A DNA stretch of 64,000 nt from Reclinomonas americana ATCC 50394 (Eukaryota), in assembly GCA_048213135.1 (NCBI GenBank), contig PS015061.1, positions 240,628 to 304,627 of the forward strand, read 5' to 3'. This document shows, one piece after another, positions 42,606 through 55,061 of the stretch. How positions within the stretch are numbered: the first letter of the stretch is position 1; each line of letters opens with the position of its first letter. The notes below the pieces were generated by a model, which was given only the letters and a program-made list of their open reading frames with translations, made no database searches and was not told the DNA's origin. The position numbers and the translations under genes are program-made.

Positions 42606-43800
42606 CCTGCAACTCGAAGAAGCGCCTGTTGCAATAAAATCTGCGTCCCCCTCCTCGTCTCGCGTCATTCCATCACAACTCCTTCGCTGCCGTGCAAGTG
42701 CCTGCGTGGACACTTGAAACCCGTGATTATCTGTCCCTGTCTTACCCGACGCAAAGCACGCTGCGTTGTGAGCGGCAGCTTGGATCAGCGCTGCGAGTTC
42801 GTGATCATGAGTGGTCGCTGGCGTCTGGCACGGAAGAACGTGTGCCAGCCGGTACCGGTGTACTGCAGTGCAAGTCTACTCCACCGCCATCTCCCGTCAC
42901 GCGCAGCTCGTGGTGAGTGGCCGTCGGTGAGCGATGGAAGGACACTCAGTGCTGGTGTGGTCTCTCGCCTTCACCCCCAACGGCGAGCACGTCGTTGGAC
43001 AAGGCAGCACCACCACAGCGACAAACGAGGTTCGCCGGAAGAACACACTTGCCTGGTGTCATCTGTCACTGTCATGATCACTCCCAACACGGAAGCCACG
43101 ACAAGACAGTGCGTACGCGGCTATTGGAGAGTGGAGAGGAGGTGTGACGGCTGGATCTGGAGGGAAAAAACACGCATTGTCGCCATCACTCCTGACGATG
43201 CGCTGCGCGCGCACATTGTGAACGGCCACAGAGCTGAACAAGACTGTGAGAGCGCGGTCTGTGGCAAGCGGCGAACAAGTGCGATGGCTGAAGACACACG
43301 GGCTGGAGTTCTCTGTTGCGGTCTCTGCATGTCATCAGCGGAAGTGCAGAGAAACACCACCGGTACCTGATCGGATTTCGACGCTTGTGTTGTTCTTGAG
43401 GTGTCTCGCTTTCTTGCACTAACGCAAGGTGATGATCATCACGCAGCTGCGCATGCGTTTGGTGGACTGCGTTGTTGTTGTTTTCTTCGGAGATTGGTCG
43501 TTCGACGTCACTGGGATTGATCGAGTGCCGCTGTGTAACCATACAGGAGAGCAGACCATCTCTGATCGCCAACACTCCCACCAACGGCTTCCCGCACAAA
43601 AAAATGGCCACGTGGTCGACAACAACGTCGATCGATTTTCGTCCAAAAGGACAAAGGTGTGATTCGGTTTTCGGCGGGCGTGCGGTTTTTCGGCAACAAA
43701 TTGTACACACACGCTGAGAGCGGAAGGAGTGGGAGTAGGACCACACTCACACACTAGGCACACTCTCAGAGAAGAAAAAAAACACACACACTGAAAAAAC

Positions 43801-46800
43801 ATGAGCGCTGGAGGAGTGCCTGCCTCTCCGGCATCCTCTTCTGCCTCCACAGGAGCTGCCTCGGCCACACCCGTAGTCGCCGCCGCAGTGGAGCCCGTCC
43901 TGCTGCGCAAGCTGGGCGTGACTGCGCCCTGTGACTCCGAAGTCACCGCAGTGGCGTTGCTGGCCTCGGGCGGAGTCGTCATGGGCACGCGTCACGGAAA
44001 GATGGTCTACTGGAGGTACTCTCGCTCATTTTTGCGGTTACCGTTTATCCATATGTAGCTCACCTGTCTCTCCCACCAACAGTGACGCATCATCGTCGGT
44101 TCCGTATGAGTTTGACGGCCACTCGCGTGCGATTAGCGATCTGGCGGTGCACGCGGATGGACGGACGCTGTACGCGGCCTCGCTCGATGGCACCGTCTCT
44201 GCGTGGGATCTCGCCACGTGTCGCATGCGTCTGCGCAAGCGAGTCGCCTCGGAGAACGCGCCACCGACGACGCCCACCTCTGCTGGAGGCGATGAGCAAC
44301 AGACGGACTTGTCGGCGTCGCCGGCGGTGCTGGGCATTGCGGTGTCGCCCGATGGCAATGTCGTGGCCACGGGTAGCGCCGACAAGAAGGTCCGCATCTT
44401 TGATATCATGCTGCAGGCCGAGGGCGCCATGGATGCCGGCGAGGCCATGCGGCGTCTGGAGCTGCACAAGACGCTCGGGGCGCACACGGGCGATGTGAAT
44501 CATGTGCGCTTCTCGCCAGTGGGCGGCAGCTCGGCGCTGCTGGCGTCGGCCTCGCGCGATGGAACGCTGCGCATTTGGGATCCGGTCAATGGCGAGTCGT
44601 TGGCGCGTATTGCGCAGATGCCCGAGGGAAACTTTGGCGGTCTGTCGTGGTCGCCCGATGGGCGCAAGGTGGCCGTGGCCTCGCGCACGGGCACGTTTTC
44701 GGTGCTCATTTTCGATGTGGACACGAGCATGTGTGAGCATGTGTGCCGTGGCCACACGGCGCCGGTGCATGACTGCGCGTGGTCGCCGAACGGGCGCTTC
44801 CTGCTGTCGGTGTCGGACGATCGCACGGCGCGCCTGTGGGACGCCTACACGGGCCAATCGCTGCACACGTTCCGCGACTATGATGCGCCTGTGCGTGCGC
44901 TGGCGTGGTCGCCGGACAGCGCCTTCTTTGCCACGTCGACGGATCGCTCGGTCGTGCAGTACGCCGTGTCGTTTGTGCCGCAGGTCGAGTTTGTGCCGAT
45001 TGCCGGTGCCGGCTCGCTCTGTGTCTTGCGCTGGTCCAAGCCGTCACCGGTGGCCAGCCTCCGCCTCGTGCACATTGCACCGTCGGCCTCGGATTCCATG
45101 CGCTGTTGCGTGCCTCTTGTAATGTCTTTTTCCCTCTATTTCTCTTCGCTCACATGTATCACAGACATCGAGTCGTCGTCGTTTATCGCGGCCGAAGGCG
45201 AGGGCGTGGGACCGTTTGAGGCGTGTGTCGTGTGGCTGGAGGAAGCCGGCCCGCACACATTCCGCCTGGAGACGCGGTGGCGTGACGGTCCAGCCGACGC
45301 GCCGTGGATGGCCACGTCGGCGGTGACGGTGGAGAGCACCGGCTGCGCCACCTTTGATCTGCGCCTCGACAGCGTTGCCGCCTTCTCGGCCAAGGTCGCG
45401 TGGGATGCGTCGTTGATTCGCGCCATTCAGGAGCAGGCTCCGTGGGTCATGCGCTCGCTGCGCCTCGACATGACGGTGCACTGCGCGCCGTCCACTCGCC
45501 ACATGACGGAGAACCGCACGGCACCGCTGTTTATGCTGCCGCCGGTTATGCTCTCGGACCAGCAGGTGGCACAGGGCCACTGGCAAGTGGAGGGTCTGCT
45601 GCCGTCGCAGCAGTACAAGTTGCACGCTCGCCTGCTGCTGGTCGGTGGCACACTGGTGTGCGCCCAGTCGCTGGTGTTGCAGACGGGTCATCTCGGTGAG
45701 TCTCTCTCTTTCTTTGATCCATTCTTTGTGTTGTTTTCTCATCACCCTCCCCTCGCTAGAATCACAACTCGCACAGACGACGTGCGACGCGCTGCTCCGC
45801 GAGTTCAGCACCGACACGGTGGCCGACGCGCTGATGGCCGTGCCGACTGCACGCAACTCGAACCGCCGCCGCGGCTCGACCGTCCCCGGCAGCCTCGATG
45901 GTGACGCGCCTGCGGAGGATGCAGTGCCGTCGACCATTCAGCAGCTGCGTCGCGCGCTGGAGGAGTTGGCGGCGCTGACATCGCGTCACACGCCGACGCC
46001 GCTGCGCGAGCGCGTGGTGGAGATTGCCAGTTCGTTTGCGCACCTGGTGGGTGGAGTGGACGAGCGCGACGGCGAGCTGCGCCAGACGCGCATCGAGCAG
46101 GCGTCACGCGCCCTCATCCTCCTCCGTCGTCACATTGCCGAGCTCGGCAATGAGGCTGTCGGCTTTGGCCAGGCTCTGGCCACTCTGGCCGACGCCGACG
46201 AGTTGCTTCGCCAGGCTCGTGCCGAGGCCGACACCGCGCGTGAGCGCCGTCTGCCCGAGTCGCACCGCGACGCGCTGGAGGTCGAGGCCTTCCGCCGCAC
46301 CGACGCCCGCCTGTTGGCCTCCGACGCCGTGATTGCGGTGTCGCGCCTGGAGGCCATGGCGGACTGGGCCAAGGACACGAACGGTCTGCGTGCTGCCGAG
46401 TGGACGCAGTTGGAGGAGGAGTGCCGTCGCGAGGCGTCGGGAGCACGCGAGGAAGCGGAGCGCGCCGGACGCACGGTGGTGGCCGCCGAGGTGCGCGTGC
46501 AGCAGGCACGTGCCGAGGCCGAGGAGGAGTACCTGGAGCTGCAGCGTCGGCTGGAGGTGAATCGCGTCCGTCGCGAGTGCCTGGCGGGCGTGCACGCGCA
46601 GCTGTCGGGTCACAAGATCCGCTTGCACAAGGCGGAGCGCGATCTGCGCGAGCACGTCACGTTCTTGGAGCGCATTGCCGAGCTGCCGAAGTGGTTCTCG
46701 GAGCGCGCCCGCGCAGCTGCTCTCGTTGGCCTCAACCAGTGCAAGCAGTGGCGCCAGGAGGAGGAGGACGGCGGGCGACCGGCGACGGTGCGCGCCGAGT

Positions 46801-47631
46801 GGCAGCAGATGCAGCAGGAGCTGGAGCTGGCCACGCTGCGTCACGTGCTCATGGCCGAGAACGTGGCCAAGCTGGAGAAGGAGACGCGCCGACTGGAGCT
46901 GGCCCACTTGCACGACCAGGTGTCGGGCAAGCGCGAGCAGCTGGCCGAGTACAAGTGCCTCGCGCAGCGCTTCCGCAGCGACTGGCAAAAGTGGGAGGCG
47001 CGCATGGAGGAGCTCGGCTCGCAGCACATGGGCATGGACAAGCCCGCCGTGCGTCAGCTGGCCGCTCGTCTGCGCCGCAACGTGCTCCGACGCGAGGTCG
47101 AATCGGCACCCGAGTGGATGCGGAAAGAACGTGCGTCTCTGTTTATGTGTTTGTTTGTTTGTTCAGTGATTATGTTCTCATCTTGTTTGTGTTTTTTCGC
47201 TTGCAGTGGACTTGCCGGAGGACGATGTGCTCGATTCAGTGGACATGTCGTCGGCCGACAGCATTGGCTCATCGATGCTGTCACCCAAGTCGTCGGCCTC
47301 GTCGGCGCTCATTAGCGGCGTGCAGAGCCGCCTCGTGCTGCTGGAGCACCCGGCCAGCGGCATTCGCGTGAAGCGCCAGCAGCTGGTGATCACATTCGAC
47401 GCACCCGACGAGGAGGAGAGCGACGGCGCCTCTGCCAAGACGTGGCGTCGCTCGGCGCTGGTGTGTGCCGCCGCCTTTGCCGACATTCTCGGCAAGGAAA
47501 GCGTGTCGACCAAGGAGGACGAGGAGGAGATGGTGGTATCGGCCACCGTGCCGATCGATCAGGGCAAGCAGCACGGCATGCTGGAGAGACTCGGCGGCGC
47601 CCTGCGACGCGCCATGACGGCTGACAACTGA
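43801..47631 (+). CDS. WD40 beta-propeller + FN3-like domains + coiled-coil protein
   Basis: GH..WD repeats (GHSRAISDL..VSAWD, AHTGDVNHV..LRIWD, GHTAPVHDC..ARLWD), FN3-like VEGLLPSQQYKLHARL, and a helical C-terminal half. About 4 introns. Confidence 0.8.
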
Positions 47632-47951
47632 GCAGCCGCTTGCGCCCCTCCTTTTTTTGTGTGTACGAAGTTGTATAAGATTGTTTTTTCCTCCTTTTTT
47701 GTTTGCTGTTTTGCGCCTCGAAGAAGTTTTTTTAAAAGAAGAGAATGCCAAGGTCGAAGATGGGAATTAAAGGGTATATACACCGCATGTGTGTGACGAC
47801 GCTGTTGAAGGTTTTTTAGGGGGTGCCGTTCATTCCCGTAGCATGCCGAGCACGAGAGGAGCCGAAAGTATGAAACAGGTGGTGGTGGTGGTGGTTAAAG
47901 AGAGAGTGGTTGAACAAAAAAGGCATTGCTCACACGTCCGTCGTGCTCGCT

Positions 47952-49344
47952 TTAGAGCTTGTCGAGTGACTCGGTGGTCTGGCGCACCACTTGCGAGTGG
48001 CCATACTGCGCCACGTCGACGCCCTCAGCCTTCTCCGCCTCCACCTTCTCGATGATCCAGTCGTAGGTCCTGCGCAGGCCGTCGACGAGGGTGATGCCGG
48101 GCGCCCAGCCAAGCACCTCCTTGATCAGCGTGTTGTCCGAGTTGCGGCCACGCACACCCTCCGGGCCGGGGATGTGGCGGATCGGCAGCTCACGCTCGCC
48201 AAACGAACATGCCATCCTGGCCATCTCGTTCATCGACACCATCTCGTCGGAGCCAATGTTCAGCGGCTTCTTGTAGTCCGATCTGCAACCGAGGGGTGAG
48301 GAGGGGATGTGTGGGGAATGGCATGTGATGAAAGCAAACGCACCGCATGAGGCGCAGAATGCCCTCCACGCAGTCGTCAATGAAGCAGAACGAGCGAGTC
48401 TGCTCGCCGTCGCCCCACATCTCAAAGTAGTCGGTTGAGCAAATGGCCTTGCGGCAGAACGCAGCAGGGGCCTTCTCGCGACCGCCCTTCCACGTGCCGT
48501 GCGGGCCGTAGATGTTGTGGAAGCGGGCAATGCGCGTCTCCTGCGTAGCGAGAGAGATGTGCGTGAGCGGAAGAGAGAGAGGCAGAGAGATGGTGAATGG
48601 AAGCGACGCAACAATCGGGAAGTCGTTGGCGTAGTGCATCGCGAGCTCCTCCATGGCGAGCTTCTCCAGGCCGTAGGCGTCCTGTGGGCGCGCTGGCCAT
48701 GCATCGGCCTCCTTAAGGCCCGGGTTGGCCGAGTCCTGATGGGATGGCAAGAAGGTGAGTTATGGGGGAAGGGAGGGAGAGGGGAGGGAGAGGGAAGGGA
48801 GAGAAGAGGGAGAACAGGAGACATGAAAAAGACGAGTGAGGGAGAGAGGCTAGGCAGTACCTCCTGCTTGTCCTCCGGGTAGATGCAAGCCGACGAGGCG
48901 TAGAACATGCGCTTCACACCATTGCGGCGGCACGACTCCATCACGTTGAAGTCGCACACTGTGTTGTTGTACAGAATGACCGAGTGGTTGCTTTGGATGA
49001 AGCCCATCTGCACAATGAAGTAAGAGTGAGTGAGCGGAAGAGAAAGAGAGGCGAGGGAGGAGAACGAGGACGAAACTCCACCCATGTCGGCAGCCAAGTG
49101 GAACACCCAATCGCAGCCCTGAGTCGCGCGCAGGCAGTTCTCGAGTCTGTGACAGAACGAGAGAATCGTCAGTGATGGAGGAGGACGGATGAAGGGCGAA
49201 GAGAGGGAGGTGCGAAGAGAGGGAGGGAGGAAGGGAGAGAGAGAGGAGAGGGAAAGGAGAGACGGAGAGAGTGAGTGGAATGAGTGAGTATGAGAGCGAG
49301 TGAATGAGGTGCGATTGAGTATGAGGAATGAGAGAGAGAGAGAG

Positions 49345-49411
<67 letters not shown>

Positions 49412-49861
49412 ATGAGAGAGAGAATCGTCAATGATCATGCAGAGTGCCATGTGTGCATGCATGCGTGGCGACGCAACGTGCGCAGATCCAACAAGAGGAA
49501 CTCGTCGCAGAACTCGGACTTCTCAAAGTACTGTGTGAGAGAAAGAGAGAGCACGTGAGCACACGTGATCAAGATCCATCAACAGAGTGAAACGACTCGC
49601 ACGCAACCTCCTGCTCCTTCCAGTCAGCACCAATCACGTGGTGGCCCTCCGCCTTCAGACGGCGAGAGAGGTGACCACCAATGAAACCACCGGCACCAGT
49701 CTGCAAAGGAGAGAGAGAAGGAGGGAGAGAGTGAGGAGTGATGCTCATGCGCGCATGTTGCACGCGCCCCACACGCGTCCACTCTTCTGCGTGTGTGTGC
49801 GTTTGCTCTTGTGTGTGTGTGGGCGTGTGTGTGTGTCGGTACGCACCACGCAGATCTTCAT
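47952..49861 (-). CDS. GME: GDP-D-mannose 3',5'-epimerase; 8 exons
   Basis: TGAGGFIGGHL, VFHLAADMGGMGFIQSNHSVILYNN, YASSACIYPE, PQDAYGLEKL, WKGGREKAPAAFCRK and HIPGPEGVRGRNSDNTLI are GME-specific motifs. Confidence 0.95.
49331..49410. repeat. (GA)n(GT)n microsatellite in a GME intron
   Basis: Directly visible. Confidence 0.95.
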
Positions 49862-50852
49862 GTTGGATGATGAGTTGGTTGAGGAGAGGGGGGGATAGCA
49901 AGCGCGCGCGAGAGTCGCGTAAAATATCGTAAATCGGATGGATTGAGCGGCGTTTTTACGAAACGGCTGCGTAAGAAACATGCAAAGATTCTCGGGCATT
50001 TGGCGGCCGGGTCGGGTGTCAGTGGTGAGTAAATCGCGCGCTGTTGTGGGTGCCTGGTGTCTCGAGCACCACAGCTGCAGCTTCGATCATGCATGATCGT
50101 GAGCTCCAAGACCGGCTGCAGGCGATTCCAATCTCCGTGTATGGTGCACCTGTGTGCAACTGGAATGCAAGCATGGATTGTTGCATCGGCAGGTGGGGGC
50201 CCATTGTCGTCTCTTCTGCATTCTCAAGAGATATCGATGTTCGGAAAAATTCGGTGCCTGTGCACCGGCTGCGAGGTCCACTCAGCGGCATGGAAGATCT
50301 CACTCCTCGTCAACATGTACGCGGAGCAACGCACAGACGCTGCAGCTGATCGATTGGTTCAGGATATCGATGTTCGGATCCGGTGAAATCGGTTCGGTGT
50401 CGAATTCGTTCCGCGATCGGCGTCGCTTGCGAAGTCCGTGGGAAGGGCGGCAAGATGTTCGAGACAAACTGTGTGGTGAACTGCATCAAGTGCTCTCGAG
50501 CCGTTTAGCAGCGACTGGAGCGTTGCGAGGAACGAAAGGAAATCGGGTATCTGCACGCTGGGTTTACAGCAACGCCTCGATAAGCAAGTCCAGATCAGCG
50601 CTTCGAACCCATCTGGCCTCGGATAGTTGCGCAAAAGCCAACAGCTGCACATGGGCTTGCAGAACCGTCGACGCGTCGCCTTGCGCTGGATTATCGAATT
50701 CGAAACTCGACGTTTGAAACCTTCGCAGCCCGAGCCGTCGCGTAAAAACTCATGAAGTACATGCACACGTGCAAGTTTCCACAAGTCCCTTGACAAAGCG
50801 CAGCAAATAGAACTTCGTACTTGCCGGAGGACGAACATTTTCGTCGGTATCG

Positions 50853-53800
50853 ATGTCCGTCTCCCTTCCCCCCCACTCTCACATGAGCCACCTGCTCTCC
50901 TTTGTGGAGGGCCTCCTGCGTGGCCGAGTAGACGAGGTCACTCTCCACTCCCCTCTCTCTCAAGAAAAAACATGCATTTCCCCGCGCTGCTCACTGCCTC
51001 TCTCCTGCCCCCTCCACACACACACACACACACACAGATCGACCTGCGCAACAGCGGCCTCACCGACCGTGACGCTCGCGACATTGCTGCTCTCCTTGGC
51101 AAGTACCAACAAACAGCAACACCACGCGAGTTCCGCCTCAATGGTAAGTCACTACACTGGAAGTCTCAATCTCTCACACATGCACACACACACTCTCACG
51201 CACGCACTCCACACATCAGTGAACCAGATCGGCCCCGAAGGTACTCGCGCACTGGCTCTTGTCATGAGTCGCGTGGAACGACTGCACCTGGCTCGTTGCG
51301 TGACACACACTCTCACTCGCGCGCACTCACTCTCACTCTCTCTCTCTCTCACACACAGAGAATCGCTGTGGAGTTGAGGGCGCGCGATGTCTCGGCAAGT
51401 ACTGTCGCCAGCTGACACTGCTCAATGTCACAAGTTTCGCCTGCGAGTGAGAGAGTGAGAGAGTGAGAAACAACAACGATCAACGATGATATTCACCGCA
51501 CACTGGTGCAGACTGTGATATCGGTGATCAGGGATGTGCGGCGATCGCCACTGGGTGCACACAATTGGGCACGTTGATTGTGGCAGGTGCGTCTTTAGCT
51601 CTCTCTCTCTCTCGCGGTCGTTGTGTGGGCGACACTGAGGGCGATTGTTTGTGCAGGGAATGGAATCACAAAGATTGGCGCAGCGGCCATGGCAGCTGCC
51701 TCGTCGGCGCTGCATACACTGGACGTGTCGAGTTGTGTTTCTCACGTGCGCGCACACTGTGTTCTCTCATCTGTCTGACGTGGTTGTTGTCGGTGTCGGT
51801 GTCGCAGAGAACCCGCTTGGTGTCGATGGTGCCAGAGGTATGTGAAGGCTGCATGATGGTGGCGTCGACATTTCTGACCCGCGCTTTGTTGTGTTGCAGC
51901 ACTGGCTGGTGGGCTCCCGGCACTGACGTGGCTCGATGTGTCGCGTTGCGTGCCTGGTCGTGCGACTGCATTTCAAGTTTTTTTGTGGGAACTCATCTCG
52001 TTTCGCAGAGACTGCGCTGGGCGATGCCGGCGCTGCTGCGATTGCCCAGTTCGCCACGCTCACTTGCCTGAGAATAACTAGTTGAGTTGACAGTGATTGG
52101 TGGACGAGTGCGTATCGCATCTCTCCTTCGCTGTGTTGCCCTCGCGATGTCCCTCTCGCTGTGTCATTCTCCCTGTGTCGCTGTCGCTGCGTCACTCTCG
52201 TTGTGTCGCTCTCGCTGTGTCACTTTTACTGTGTCATTCTCGCTGTGTCGCTCTAGCTGCGTCACTCTCGCCGTGTCGCTCATCGCTGTGTCGCTCATCG
52301 CTGTGTCGCTCATCGCTGTGTCCCTCTCGCTGTGTCACTCTCGCTCTGTGTCACTCTCGCTGTGTCGCTCTAGCTGCGTCGCTCTAGCTGTGTCGCTCAT
52401 CGCTTTGTCTCTCTCCTCACTGTGTCTCTCTCCTCACTATGTCGCTCATCGCTGTGTCGCTCTCCTCACTGTGTCGCTCATCGCCGTGTCGCTCATCGCT
52501 GTGTCGCTCATCGCCGTGTCGCTCATCGCCGTGTCGCTCTCGCTATGTCTCTCTCCTCACTATGTCGCTCATCGCTGTGTCGCTCTCCTCACTGTGTCGC
52601 TCATCGCTGTGTCGCTCATCGCTGTGTCGCTCATCGCTGTGTCGCTCATCGCTATGTCGCTCTCGCTGTATCGCTCTCGCTGTGTCACTCTCGCTGTGTC
52701 GCTCTCGCTGTGTCGCTCATCGCTGTGTCACTCATCGCTGTGTCACTCATCGCTGTGTCGCTCATCGCTGTGTTGCTCTCGCTGTGTTGTTTATTGATGT
52801 GTCGCTCTCGCTATGTCGCTCTCCTCACCGTGTCGCTTTCGCTGTGCCGATTTCGCTGCGTCGCTCTTCTCGCTGTGTCGCTCTTCTCGCTGTGTCATAC
52901 TCGTTGTATCGCTCTCGCTACGTCGCTCTTCTCACTCACTCTCTTCCTGTGGACTTACTCCTCTTCTCCATTCTCGCTCTCCTTTTCCATCCTCACCCTC
53001 CACCACCTCCCCCAGAAAACGACTTGAGCACGGACGCCTGCGAAGCCATCTCGTCGGGATGCCCGATGCTCACTGAATTGTGGTTGTCGGCCAACCCAGC
53101 AATCGGCGTCGGTGGCCTGTTGCGTGTGCCCAGCTTTCCATCGGCCGTGTTGACAACTGACTTCTCCTGCATAGAGCGGCAATCAGCGAACGGTGTCGCG
53201 AGTTGACCACACTGCGAGTGTGTCGTTGCGTCTCATGCCTCCCTTCTTTTGATCTTGTCTCCACATTCTTGACTCCCCATCGTCGCGCAGACTGCCAGCT
53301 GGACACGGCAGCAGTGGATGCGCTCTGTGGACTGTCTTTACTGCAGTCGTTGGATGTCACTGGTGCAGAAATAATCACTCTTTGCTGCCACCAACCTCGC
53401 CTGGCAGTCTCATTCTTTTCCGCAGGCAATCCTCTCGGCAACAGTGGTGCTCAGCGGATCGCCACGATATCCTCGCTCACCGAACTGAATGTGTCGGAGA
53501 TCAGCATGGGTGCTGCTGGTGCCAAGGCGATTGCAGAGGGATGCGGGCAGCTCACATCGTTGACCACGACTGGTTTGTTGATGCATCTACACGCTATTGC
53601 GAGAGTAGTGATAGCGAGCTACACAACCTGTTGTTGCGATCTCACGCCTTCCCTTTCTCAACGTCGCTGCTACGAGTCTCCGTTCTTTTGTCTCGTGTTA
53701 TCTGTCTTTCCACCTTCATGTTTCCACTTATTGTGGATCACACTCTCGTTTCCTGTCTCCTCTCGTCTCACTCACAGTTTCTCTCGCATCTACCTCCATT

Positions 53801-55027
53801 GCACTTCTCGCCCTCGCGTTCCCGTCTCTTCTCCACTCACTTGATGCCTCTAATCAACTCACCTCTTCCTTGATCGCTCCGCTCTTCTCCTCTCACTCCC
53901 TTCTCTCTTCGCCCCTCCCTTCTCTCTTCTTCCGCCCCTTCCCCTTCTCCCTCCTCCTTCCTTCTCACATCACTTTCCTTCTCTACCACCGCCCAGGCAA
54001 CGGCTTCCAGAGCTTCGCCTTGGCCTGCGGTCTGGCACGCAATCACACCTGCAAAACCGACGCCGATGTGGTGCGCGTCGTGCAACAACAATTGTCGGAG
54101 TTGCAGAGATTACTCGACGGTAAGTTGCTTTCCGCAATGTCGTGTGACGTTTCCTTTCCCTCAAGTCGTTCTTGTACACGCGCAGTCGCTTCGCGACGAA
54201 CCACACAAGACATGTCGGTGTTGACTGGAGAGGATATTCCGCGTGTGGAGCGAGTGTCGCGCACCGCGGACTCGGGAGCATGTCTCGCACTGCAGTGGGA
54301 CTGCACGCTGATCAACTCGCTGCGCCATCCGGTGCAGCTGCAGCTGACACGGCGCGCACTCGGTCCTCTCGGTGACCGTGTCCGCGACGATGCGCCGGTG
54401 GAGGGTGCGTCTCTCTTGCTCGCCGACTATTCTCCACGTGCTGTTGTTGCTCAACTGTATCGCGTAGTCTTGGCTGGCGCCCTGTTCATCCCCTGCGAGC
54501 TGAGCATCACGCGATGCCTCGTTCCCGACGTGCAACCCGGCTGGTACGAGTATCGCTTGGAGGGTCGAATGCTGGCCGTCAGCCAGCAGTGGGTGCCGAA
54601 CCCGTACTGGACTCCGATTCAGTGTACACTCGGGCCTGTGCCAGCGGCCATTGTCAGCATCGCACCGTTTAGCATCACGCTGCAGTGGGACACGGCAGCC
54701 ATGTCACCGAATGAGGTTTGACAAAGCGGGCAGTGATGTTTCTCTGTTTCTCTCAGTCTCGCTCCCACACACTCTCATTGTCCCTCGCTCTCCCTCTGTC
54801 TTTCTCTTGCTTTGCCTCTCTCCTTGTCGCCCTGTCTGTCTTTTGTCTGTCTGTCTGTCTGTTTGTCTCTCCCTCGCGCGCTCTCTCTCTCCTACATCTA
54901 TACTCTCTCTCAATCCGTCTGTGTGTGTGTGCCTGTCCGTCCCTTCCTCCCCCCTCTCTCCGTCTCTCACTCTGCCCATCTGCCCGTTCGTCTGCGTGTC
55001 TCTTTGTCAGTTCTTTCTCTTTCCCTC

Positions 55028-55061
<34 letters not shown>

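Noticed and set aside
46104-47371. Long antisense and alternate-frame ORFs over the WD40 gene (similar ones at 34570-35466 and 36050-36826)
   Set aside because: Expected shadows of GC-rich coding sequence, with no independent protein features.
52087-53206. ORFs with VSLIA / CRSSL / VAHRC repeats
   Set aside because: They are translations of the intronic minisatellite; the LRR frame splices cleanly across it.
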